Shown: one piece after another, positions 11,163 to 19,519 of the stretch
Numbering within the stretch: position 1 is the first letter of the stretch
How the letters are laid out: the number at the start of each line of letters is the position of its first letter
IMG/VR virus record: IMGVR_UViG_3300037475_000240
Location: 1-64,000 of that record
Source: a virus
Direction: 5' to 3' (one strand)
DNA: 64,000 nucleotides
Translations under genes and position numbers: made by a program
The notes under the pieces: generated by a model
What the model was told of the DNA's origin: nothing
The model's database searches: none
Seen by the model: the letters and a program-made list of their open reading frames with translations, nothing else

Positions 11163-12191
11163 ATGGCTTTTTTGGGTGTCCGTATACCTTTAGAGATAGG
11201 AAGAATGCTAAATGTAATTGAGGTACCGGGGGTTAAAGAATCTCCTTCGGAATACCACATTACTATTCTTTTGTTTGATGACAACTGGCCAATTACAGAA
11301 GTGGCTAAAGCTCTTGAAGCGACGTATGATGTTGTTAACAAAGAAAAACCTTTCAATATTGAAATAAATAAAGTCACCAGTTTCCCTAAGGTGAAGGATA
11401 AACCTTTGCCTATTATTGCTCGTCTTACAAGCGAAGATTTACATAAACTTTCAGATAAACTTAGAGCTAAATTTGATGAAGAGGGCATTGATTATAAAAA
11501 ACACTTTAAAGATTTTAATCCTCATATTACATTAGCTTATGATCATGAATTAGAAAAGTTTGATGATATTAAGATTGAGCCCGTTAACTTTACTGTACAA
11601 GAAATTGTATTGTGGGGTGGTGACTATGGTGACAGTCGTTTGTTTGTTAATTTTCAATTAAAAAAACCTGAAAAACGTGCAGAATTATTGGCTAAAATAG
11701 AAGCTTATTATAAAACAGCTCAAATAAAAAATTATAAATATGATACTCATGCAGCTGATAGATTTTTAGAAATGTTTAATGGTGATGAAGAAGCTAAACA
11801 AGAAGAATTCAATCAATATGGTGGTTGGGGCAATTATTATTTTGATATTATTCCAATCAATGATATTGAAGATAAACCCATTTGGAGTCAAGAAAAATAT
11901 GATGCAGTACTTCAAAAAATGAAAGATGGAGTAGCATTAGATCCTATAAGAATTGCTCGTCCTGATAGTGTAGGTAAATTTGTTATTATAGATGGCATTC
12001 ATCGTATTGCTGCATCTAAAGAGTTAGGATATACTCATGTCCCTGCTCTAATAAATGACTGGATAACAACTCCGCCTCATCAAACTAAAATATCTTTATT
12101 TGATAAAATTAATATGTTCTATAAACTTGCGTTTATTGATCCAGATGGATATTTAACACCAAGTCGTAATCGAAGAAAAATTGAGCGCTGA
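11163..12191 (+). CDS. 2H phosphoesterase (2'-5' RNA ligase/Acb1-like fold) fused to a ParB/Srx-like domain
   Basis: Two HxT motifs (YHITI, PHITL); C-terminal DPI...IIDGIHRIAA...G...VPA; GAGG SD. Confidence 0.75.
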   Translation: MAFLGVRIPLEIGRMLNVIEVPGVKESPSEYHITILLFDDNWPITEVAKALEATYDVVNKEKPFNIEINKVTSFPKVKDKPLPIIARLTSEDLHKLSDKLRAKFDEEGIDYKKHFKDFNPHITLAYDHELEKFDDIKIEPVNFTVQEIVLWGGDYGDSRLFVNFQLKKPEKRAELLAKIEAYYKTAQIKNYKYDTHAADRFLEMFNGDEEAKQEEFNQYGGWGNYYFDIIPINDIEDKPIWSQEKYDAVLQKMKDGVALDPIRIARPDSVGKFVIIDGIHRIAASKELGYTHVPALINDWITTPPHQTKISLFDKINMFYKLAFIDPDGYLTPSRNRRKIER

Positions 12192-12241
12192 TATATTTCA
12201 ATCGTGTATTTACATAAGGAAAATAAAATGATAACAACAAA

Positions 12242-12574
12242 ATGAATAAACAAATGCTCTTGCAATCTATTGCAGATACCGTTCGCAAGAAGCATCCATG
12301 GAAAATTTCTCAAGAGAGGTATCTTGCAGTATTTAAAGAATTACCCAGACAATTTCTGGAAGAGCGACAAGCGTACGATAATTTATTAGAAAAATGTAAA
12401 CAATTTAAGTTATGTAATTTATTTCTATCACATGTTAAAGTAGAAGTAAATCTTACATTAGATGAATGTATTGAACATGAACTTAGTTTAGATAAATGGG
12501 ATGATGCTAGAGCCCATAATATATTACCTAATGATATTAAGAAAATTTTAAAAGATGAAAAGATTCAAACATAA
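12242..12574 (+). CDS. Hypothetical protein
   Basis: 110-aa ORF in a co-oriented overlapping run. Confidence 0.6.
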   Translation: MNKQMLLQSIADTVRKKHPWKISQERYLAVFKELPRQFLEERQAYDNLLEKCKQFKLCNLFLSHVKVEVNLTLDECIEHELSLDKWDDARAHNILPNDIKKILKDEKIQT

Positions 12575-12899
12575 AGAACCTCAATATACTAAATTTAAAT
12601 ATAAAAATTTATTTGATCTTATATTAGATTTAAAAACAGATGTAGATAGCGGAAGCCATATTTCATGTTACTCTTCTAATCAAGGATACTACAGATGGAA
12701 ATGTGCAGATTCTAAAAAATCTTATCATATTAAACAAAGAGATTTTAATACCAATCATATTCCAAAAATAATTCAATCTTATCTTCATGATAACAGTTTG
12801 TATTATATGCCTTATATGCCTTATAACAAATTGATTTCATGGATAAAAATAAACTCTAAAATAATTCAAGTATTAAATAACTTAACGGCTTTTTTATGA
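12555..12899 (+). CDS. Hypothetical protein (C-terminus LTAFL)
   Basis: Overlaps both neighbours; ATGA coupling to the next gene. Confidence 0.6.
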   Translation: MKRFKHKEPQYTKFKYKNLFDLILDLKTDVDSGSHISCYSSNQGYYRWKCADSKKSYHIKQRDFNTNHIPKIIQSYLHDNSLYYMPYMPYNKLISWIKINSKIIQVLNNLTAFL

Positions 12900-13186
12900 A
12901 AATAGAAAACAATACCTTATTAATTCTTTTAACATTGAAAAAGGAGTTAGATAAAAATAAACGGGTTTATTGTAATTGGAGTGCCACAAGTCATAACCCA
13001 GATATTGCTTCATTTACATATGTAAATTTTTCACGCAATGATTTTATTTTAAGAGGTAGAATTACAGATTTTAATCCTCCAAAATTACCTCCAATATCAT
13101 TTGATGATATCGCAAATTTAGAAACATATATTAAAGATAACTATAAAACTTTAGAAAAAATAGAGAAGATAGCAGTATTTATTTAA
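12896..13186 (+). CDS. Hypothetical protein (C-terminus IAVFI)
   Basis: ATGA overlap with the previous ORF. Confidence 0.6.
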   Translation: MKIENNTLLILLTLKKELDKNKRVYCNWSATSHNPDIASFTYVNFSRNDFILRGRITDFNPPKLPPISFDDIANLETYIKDNYKTLEKIEKIAVFI

Positions 13187-13228
13187 ACGCCATTTAAGTT
13201 TAAACAGTGATGAAAATGTATGATATTA

Positions 13229-14128
13229 TTAAACTAATCGTCTGGCTCGCAAATGCCTAAGGCGTGCATAAGCCGGGTTCACACCAGAGTTCATACTGAA
13301 GGTACCAAGACCTTTAGGCGCAGGTCTTAATGAGTTTTTCACATACTTGAGTTTTTCCCAGTAATGCGTTAATAATGTACTATATTGAGTGCTCATTAAT
13401 TCAGATACTGAAGGAGGATTAAAGTTTAATCCATTATCAGTAATTTGAAATTCACGACCACGCTCAATTAAGGCTTTAGAAGCAAGAGCTTGTAAAGTAG
13501 CTCCTTCAACTAAAATTTCTCCAAATTGCTCTACGAAATCAGTTTCATCAAATTGAAAGAACGTAAAATAAGGTACTTGATTAAAGTCCCAAAGAGCAGT
13601 TGCTAAAAATGTAGTCAACATGTCTACAGAAAAAATATCACAATCAACATATTGAACGTTTCCATAAGAATCCTGTGATCTAGCTTTACCAGCACTATTT
13701 AATCTTGCTCTTAAAGACTTAATTAGCTTATTAATATTTTTAATTGCAAGTTGAGAATAGTTAAATCCAGGATCATCTCCCAAATGAACATAACCATCTG
13801 TGTTGATGGCTGGTAATTGGGTGTGTGCTACTACAAAGTTAAATGTAGATTCGACTCTGTAGCCATTAATGTATCCAGTCCATACATCAGTGAAAACGCC
13901 ATAGGGACCGTTTATAGGAACAGTAAAAATAAAAGAATATTTACCTGTGCTCACACGTGCGACCCCAGCTGAAGTTGGTGCTAAAGCAACCAAGCCACTT
14001 GGCTGAATAATAGAAATTTGAGGAAATGAATCCATATCCACAGGCGCACCCGTACCATCTTTAAATTGTACGGTTAAATTAACTTGATCTGTGACGTCAA
14101 TATATTCGCCGCGTGCTTTTATTGCCAT
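13229..14128 (-). CDS. Putative head-tail adaptor/neck protein with N-terminal Ig-like domain
   Basis: N-terminal beta domain (GKYSFIFTVP) and helical C-terminal domain; GAGG SD; structural context. Confidence 0.5.
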   Translation of the reverse strand: MAIKARGEYIDVTDQVNLTVQFKDGTGAPVDMDSFPQISIIQPSGLVALAPTSAGVARVSTGKYSFIFTVPINGPYGVFTDVWTGYINGYRVESTFNFVVAHTQLPAINTDGYVHLGDDPGFNYSQLAIKNINKLIKSLRARLNSAGKARSQDSYGNVQYVDCDIFSVDMLTTFLATALWDFNQVPYFTFFQFDETDFVEQFGEILVEGATLQALASKALIERGREFQITDNGLNFNPPSVSELMSTQYSTLLTHYWEKLKYVKNSLRPAPKGLGTFSMNSGVNPAYARLRHLRARRLV

Positions 14129-14157
14129 AGTTCCTCACATTAATATTAAAATATTGA

Positions 14158-14517
14158 TTATAAATGTGGAATTGTCGCAACATAATCTCCTGCTGCATTT
14201 GGCGGAGATTTACAAATTATTTGATAATGAGTTTGTTTTTGATTCAACGTATCAGGGTCTTCCCAGATAATATTTACAATATAAGTGCCAACAGCTGTTG
14301 GACCAGTTGGCAAAGTAATAGTAAATGAATATAATCCTACATCAATATTTGTCATAGCTGCAGGATAACCATCTAATAAGTCAAAATTAGGATTATAAAT
14401 ACTTAAGATAAGGGGATCGCTAGGCGAGTCTGTTCTTTCTTGATTAGAATCAAGAACTTCAAAAAATAAAGTTAATATTTGTTTTGGAGCTGCATAAATA
14501 ATTGATTCCATAGTCAT
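14158..14517 (-). CDS. Ig-like virion protein, paralog of 14514..14855
   Basis: GLYSFTITLPTGPTAVGTYIV matches neighbour GLYYYKFTLPTGAASFGTYIA. Confidence 0.6.
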   Translation of the reverse strand: MTMESIIYAAPKQILTLFFEVLDSNQERTDSPSDPLILSIYNPNFDLLDGYPAAMTNIDVGLYSFTITLPTGPTAVGTYIVNIIWEDPDTLNQKQTHYQIICKSPPNAAGDYVATIPHL

Positions 14518-14855
14518 ACCGTTGAATTAAATCCAAAATTTCCAGTTACTGCCGTCACAACTATCTGATAAGCTATGGTTGTTGTATTACCTGTTGCTGG
14601 ATCGTCAAAAGTAACGTCAGCAATATAAGTACCAAATGAAGCCGCCCCAGTTGGTAAAGTAAATTTATAATAATATAATCCAGTATCTAATTGAATCATT
14701 GATTGAGGATAATCGGCAGCTAATGTTAAGGCAGGAAGAATAATTCTATCAACTACAGGAAAAAGATATCCATCGGATCTGTAACCATCAGAATCATGGG
14801 TTTCTAAAACTAAAGTAACAGATTGTCCTGGATTGTGATATAAAACTGTTGTCAT
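14514..14855 (-). CDS. Ig-like virion protein, paralog of 14158..14517
   Basis: Shared motifs; GGAGG SD. Confidence 0.6.
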   Translation of the reverse strand: MTTVLYHNPGQSVTLVLETHDSDGYRSDGYLFPVVDRIILPALTLAADYPQSMIQLDTGLYYYKFTLPTGAASFGTYIADVTFDDPATGNTTTIAYQIVVTAVTGNFGFNSTV

Positions 14856-14915
14856 AACGCCTCCATCTTATACTTTAATATTAATTGGAGCTTAGCAATA
14901 TGATAACATTTAATC

Positions 14916-15308
14916 ATGAACACTAAAAATAAAGCATTTTGGATAACTAATATTTCTAAAAGAAACGTTAGTTTAGCCGATTTGAATCTTACAATTAATG
15001 CACTTTCTTCTATTAATCTTTTAGAAGAAGGTCATTACTATTATACAGTTGAAGAATTAGAAAAATCAGCAAAAGAAGGATCTATTTATCATAAAAGAGA
15101 TAAAATATTCGTTCGTACAGTGGAACCCGAAGTATTTAAAATGAATATTCCTTTTGATAGGGAGACATTTATTCCAAATAAGGAACGTTCCTTGTTTAAA
15201 ATAAAACAAGAGATTTATGAAGAATTAAGTTTAAGTGATGAAGCTTTTGCTGAAGAAAATGCTGACATTGCCGAACAAGATCGTCAACCTACATTTAAAA
15301 AGGGTTAA
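14916..15308 (+). CDS. Hypothetical protein
   Basis: 130-aa ORF filling the gap between minus-strand genes; promoter-like motif upstream. Confidence 0.7.
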   Translation: MNTKNKAFWITNISKRNVSLADLNLTINALSSINLLEEGHYYYTVEELEKSAKEGSIYHKRDKIFVRTVEPEVFKMNIPFDRETFIPNKERSLFKIKQEIYEELSLSDEAFAEENADIAEQDRQPTFKKG

Positions 15309-15541
15309 TTTTTAAGAATTACAACATCAACAGCTTTTGGAATACCATTTTTATTAGTGCCTAAACCAAATGATACTTTTTGTCCTTTGTATAAAGTTTT
15401 ATATCCTTCACAAACAATATCAGAGAAGTGAACAAACAAATCTTTTTGTTGTACATCTTCCTTTGTCCATAAAATAAAACCATATCCTCTTTTAGGATCA
15501 AAAAAGATAACTTCGCCGTAAAATTTTTCTTGTCCACTCAT
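15305..15541 (-). CDS. Cold-shock domain protein
   Basis: RNP1 KRGYGFI, RNP2 DLFVHFSDI, GYKTL..GQKVSF. Confidence 0.92.
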   Translation of the reverse strand: MSGQEKFYGEVIFFDPKRGYGFILWTKEDVQQKDLFVHFSDIVCEGYKTLYKGQKVSFGLGTNKNGIPKAVDVVILKN

Positions 15542-15840
15542 ATTATTACCTTATTCTTATTTTCATCATCAGCTACTAACTGACCATCAACATAAAGTTG
15601 TCCACCACCACCAAGAAGCCTCCAAACTTCATAGGCTCCCATTTTACCAATATCTTCTCTTTCTTTAGAATTGGTACAATTTCTCATTAATTTATCAATT
15701 TTAGCAAAGAGCTTTAACATATCACCTTCACAGCCAACCATTTTAGCATGATATAAAATCTTTTTACGAGTTTCTTGCTCAGGCATTACTTTACCACTAA
15801 GATTATTTGGGTCAGTTGCATCAATTAATAAATCAGACAT
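15538..15840 (-). CDS. Hypothetical protein
   Basis: TAATG and ATGA coupling with both neighbours. Confidence 0.7.
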   Translation of the reverse strand: MSDLLIDATDPNNLSGKVMPEQETRKKILYHAKMVGCEGDMLKLFAKIDKLMRNCTNSKEREDIGKMGAYEVWRLLGGGGQLYVDGQLVADDENKNKVII

Positions 15841-16163
15841 TACTCATCTCCATAAACTTTAAAAGATTTGTTTTTAAATTCCATATAAGGAACATCAATA
15901 TCGATGTTCTTTTTGCCGTTTAATTCATAAACCAAAGTTCTTTTATTTGGTAACTTAGTTGATGGATAAACTCCAATAATTTTTAAGTATCCACTATGCG
16001 TTAACTCATGATGAACTGCACAAAGAATGGCTAAATTCATTGGATTGTTTGTAGTATTTACTTTGGTGCGCTCAATAATATGATGAAAATGTAAAGCATC
16101 TGCGATGCAAACATCACATGATTCAATTTCACATTTATTTTTAATTAACTTACTTGTCTTCAT
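15840..16163 (-). CDS. Small HNH endonuclease
   Basis: C-x4-C, HHII...NNPMNLAILCAVHHELTH. Confidence 0.8.
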   Translation of the reverse strand: MKTSKLIKNKCEIESCDVCIADALHFHHIIERTKVNTTNNPMNLAILCAVHHELTHSGYLKIIGVYPSTKLPNKRTLVYELNGKKNIDIDVPYMEFKNKSFKVYGDE

Positions 16164-16181
16164 CTTACGTTTTAATATAAC

Positions 16182-16526
16182 TTACCAGGCTTGAACTGTA
16201 ACAGTACCAGTAGAGCTTCCAGATTTGACTCTAAACCAAATTTTTGAAACTACACGATAAGGCATTTCTAATTTTTGATAAGGGCTAGCGGCAGTACCAG
16301 TTATCTCTCCATGAACAGTTGTTCCATTAAAAGAATATTCTATGGTAGAAGATGTAGTTTCATTAATAAAAATTACATATTGAGTACTAAAAGTAATAAA
16401 CATATCTGGTTGATAGCCATCAGTTGATGCTCCACCAAACGAAGACGTAGAAATTATTTTTCTTTGAAAAAAATTATGGTCTCTACCAAAATTTACATAG
16501 CCTACACCAGGAAATACGTTCGTCAT
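16182..16526 (-). CDS. Hypothetical beta-rich protein, possibly virion-associated
   Basis: AGGAG SD and late-type promoter motif upstream. Confidence 0.65.
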   Translation of the reverse strand: MTNVFPGVGYVNFGRDHNFFQRKIISTSSFGGASTDGYQPDMFITFSTQYVIFINETTSSTIEYSFNGTTVHGEITGTAASPYQKLEMPYRVVSKIWFRVKSGSSTGTVTVQAW

Positions 16527-16574
16527 ACTTTAACTCCTGCAGAATATACATAAATATTGCATTATTATATTAAT

Positions 16575-17435
16575 TTAAATACCATAGTTAGAAACAGCAT
16601 CAGAATAGCCCTTTTCTGCCATTTCTTTTAATTTTATAGGATCAAAGTCTAATAAATTTTCTGTAAGATTAAAATTCGGTCTTAAAATGTTAATTTTAAC
16701 ATATTTTTTGTCTATTAAACCGGCTTGTACTAATTTATTATACATTTCAACTTTTTCTAGATCATTTGACATTATTTTATCTGTACTAAGATCAATTACT
16801 CTTCTTAAAATGTCAACTATTGTAGGCTTTTTAATAAACTTTTTTATACGATTTTGTGGTGATGTAATAATAACATCTATTTCTGTTGCGCCTAAATCGA
16901 TAGCAGTCTTTAAAGGAGAAAGCTCTTTTAATCCACCATCTGACCATAATTGTCCATCAAATTCTATTGGAGTTAACATTCCAGGAAATGATGCACTTGC
17001 AACAACCGCATTAATAAAATAATTAGAATTTTGATCAAAAATTGTATATTTACCTGTACTTAATGACACCGCCCCCACAGCCACCTTTTTATTGCTATTT
17101 TTAATAGCATCTAATTTAATATTATTTCTAATTAATTCATTTAAAGGAGAACTATCATAAAAACTTGGTTTAAATAAGGCGTGCCATCTACCCCAAGGAA
17201 AATGTCTTTTATATATTTTTCGTGTATTTAATTGTAACCATAATTCATAAAGTTTGTTGCCTGCGGCATGTTCATGTCCTTGACAATATTGAGATAGAAA
17301 AGCAGCATTAATTGCACCAGCAGATACTCCACAAAATATATCATATTTAATACCAAGATCTCCTAATAAATATTTAATACAACCAGCTTGCCATGCACCT
17401 TTATTTCCACCACCCGATAAAACAAGAGCTTTCAT
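16575..17435 (-). CDS. Patatin-like phospholipase
   Basis: LSGGGNKG, GVSAG (GxSxG) and DGG motifs; probable start 17435 in ATGA overlap with the upstream gene. Confidence 0.92.
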   Translation of the reverse strand: MKALVLSGGGNKGAWQAGCIKYLLGDLGIKYDIFCGVSAGAINAAFLSQYCQGHEHAAGNKLYELWLQLNTRKIYKRHFPWGRWHALFKPSFYDSSPLNELIRNNIKLDAIKNSNKKVAVGAVSLSTGKYTIFDQNSNYFINAVVASASFPGMLTPIEFDGQLWSDGGLKELSPLKTAIDLGATEIDVIITSPQNRIKKFIKKPTIVDILRRVIDLSTDKIMSNDLEKVEMYNKLVQAGLIDKKYVKINILRPNFNLTENLLDFDPIKLKEMAEKGYSDAVSNYGI

Positions 17436-18079
17436 ATATGCTTCCATGTTTTTCTAGTAATAATACGATAAATATTATCTTTTTTTAAACCAAATTTAAT
17501 TGCAATGTCATCATAAGTATATTTTCCTGTTTCATATTCTTTTCTTATTTGCAAAACTTGATTTTCAGTAATTTTAGCTTGTGGATTATTTTCTCCTCGT
17601 TGTTTTTTTGACATTTTTAATAAAGTTTCACTTGATCTTTTAAGTCCAAAATTAGGATTATTAATACCAGTATTTAATATTGATAATTTTTCTTTGGTCT
17701 CTTTTGAAATTTTTTTACCTAACATAGCTAATGATTTTTTAATAATAGTTTCAGGAGATGGTTTTAACCCACCTTTTCCGCCAGAAGTTAAATTATATCC
17801 TAAATTTCCGTTTTTAGAGTCTAAAAATTCAATGTACCATTCTTCAAAAAAATAAGCACTATCTTCTGTAATAAATTCTTTAATAATTTCAAATTGAAAA
17901 TTTTCTTTACCATATTTTTTAATTGCCTTATGTATTAAAGAATATTCATTTGGATATTTTTCTAAACTACCTGCAGCTACTTTCTTATGCTGCGCCCAGC
18001 GTTTGGAAGGATTATTAGTTTTACCTACATAAATTTTACCATTTATTAAATTTGTAATTAAATATACATAAAAAATCAT
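17432..18079 (-). CDS. GIY-YIG homing endonuclease with NUMOD-type C-terminal DNA-binding repeats
   Basis: YVYLITN..NGKIYVG, RW..H, KYG..NF, GYN...GG. Confidence 0.88.
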   Translation of the reverse strand: MIFYVYLITNLINGKIYVGKTNNPSKRWAQHKKVAAGSLEKYPNEYSLIHKAIKKYGKENFQFEIIKEFITEDSAYFFEEWYIEFLDSKNGNLGYNLTSGGKGGLKPSPETIIKKSLAMLGKKISKETKEKLSILNTGINNPNFGLKRSSETLLKMSKKQRGENNPQAKITENQVLQIRKEYETGKYTYDDIAIKFGLKKDNIYRIITRKTWKHI

Positions 18080-18140
18080 TCTTACGCCCTATTAAATGTA
18101 GTAAAATAAGTACAATTTTATTTATTTTAAATATATTAAT

Positions 18141-18692
18141 TTAAGCTTTTACTAAAGTGGCAATTATATCTTGAGCTGCTTCTTTATAATTAGATAAAGC
18201 ATAATTTTGATATTCGCTATTTTTTACCATTAAACTTTGTTGCATACTATAGCCCCAAGTTGCCACAAAATTACAATTATAATCTACATTATGAGGAGCA
18301 TTTACTGCCCGCCATTCAGAAGAAAGATAATAAAACCAAAATTCTGATACTGGTGGCCATTTATGAGTTAAATCTCCATATGCACGACAACTAGCCCAAT
18401 GTGGAACAATAATTGTAGCTTTTGAACCTGGCTTTAAAATTCTATATATTTCATTTACAAAATTAACTCTTTCGTTAGCATCTAAATGTTCTATAAAATG
18501 AGAGGCATGAATTTCATCTACTGAATTATCTTCCCATGGCCATTTTTTAAATTTATTTTTAACTTTAGTGGTTAAATCGCAAACAACATCAACGCCATCA
18601 AATGACATTGAATCTACACCTGTCCACTCTGGACCAATTTTATTTTTTCCACAACCTAAATCAAGTTTAACTAATTTATTTTCGCTCATCAT
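18141..18692 (-). CDS. Class I SAM-dependent methyltransferase
   Basis: KLDLGCG, DNSVDEI..SHFIEHL, RILKPG. Confidence 0.85.
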   Translation of the reverse strand: MMSENKLVKLDLGCGKNKIGPEWTGVDSMSFDGVDVVCDLTTKVKNKFKKWPWEDNSVDEIHASHFIEHLDANERVNFVNEIYRILKPGSKATIIVPHWASCRAYGDLTHKWPPVSEFWFYYLSSEWRAVNAPHNVDYNCNFVATWGYSMQQSLMVKNSEYQNYALSNYKEAAQDIIATLVKA

Positions 18693-18732
18693 CTTTACTT
18701 TCTTTTATAGTATAACTTCTTTCATATAATAC

Positions 18733-19473
18733 TCACCACATCATATCTGGAATTCCGAAATCGCCCTTTAGATCATAGTGTCCCACCTTAATAGAACAAT
18801 CTATTGCGCATCTATATCCATATTTTCTTGCATCACTCCAAAAATACAAATCTTGTGTAGATACTCCATCTTTAACCTGAGTTTTGAACCAAGGCTTACG
18901 TAATTTAGCATCTTTAAACATAGATAATCTAAATAAATTAAATCCCATACCTGTACCACAACATTCTACTAAACCACCATTAGGATCTGGCAATTGTGGT
19001 CTAAAATTAATAATTGGATCAGTAGGATCTCCCCAAATTTGAGCCACACCACCAGGACCTTTTGTAAAATACAATCCACCAATACAAGAAAGTTCTGGAT
19101 GTAATTCCATTTGTTCAATTAATTTAATTACACCATCAGCGGGCGGCGCATTATCATGTTCTAATGTTAATATAAATTCCCATTGACTCAAATTAGGATC
19201 AGCTAAAATGCCATCTATAGCACTAGAATAAGCTTCTCCTACTTCCATACCTTGAGCTAATATTCTAACTACACCATTATTTGGGGGAAATGCTAAATTC
19301 CAATGAGATAATGCAACTTTAGCTGGAATTACATCAGCAGCAGGTAATATTACAATAATCCTTTGCTTTTTCCAACTGGCACCTTTCATTAATCTAGCTT
19401 TTGTGCCATCTAAATCATCATTATTATAACCGCCCATATTTTGTACAACAAGTTGTGGTTTTAAATTTGTCAT
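18733..19473 (-). CDS. GT-A-fold glycosyltransferase-like protein
   Basis: ILTLEHD (DxD variant), IGGLY, GTGMGF.L, TQDLYF...A...GY...D....GH. Confidence 0.7.
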   Translation of the reverse strand: MTNLKPQLVVQNMGGYNNDDLDGTKARLMKGASWKKQRIIVILPAADVIPAKVALSHWNLAFPPNNGVVRILAQGMEVGEAYSSAIDGILADPNLSQWEFILTLEHDNAPPADGVIKLIEQMELHPELSCIGGLYFTKGPGGVAQIWGDPTDPIINFRPQLPDPNGGLVECCGTGMGFNLFRLSMFKDAKLRKPWFKTQVKDGVSTQDLYFWSDARKYGYRCAIDCSIKVGHYDLKGDFGIPDMMW

Positions 19474-19519
19474 AATTTTATATATATCTTTCTTTTTCTT
19501 ACATTAAATTTATTAAAAT

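Noticed and set aside
16575-17435. Patatin plus nucleotidyltransferase as a CBASS system
   Set aside because: Both nucleotidyltransferases are class II CCA-family rather than CD-NTase-like, and neither is adjacent to the patatin.
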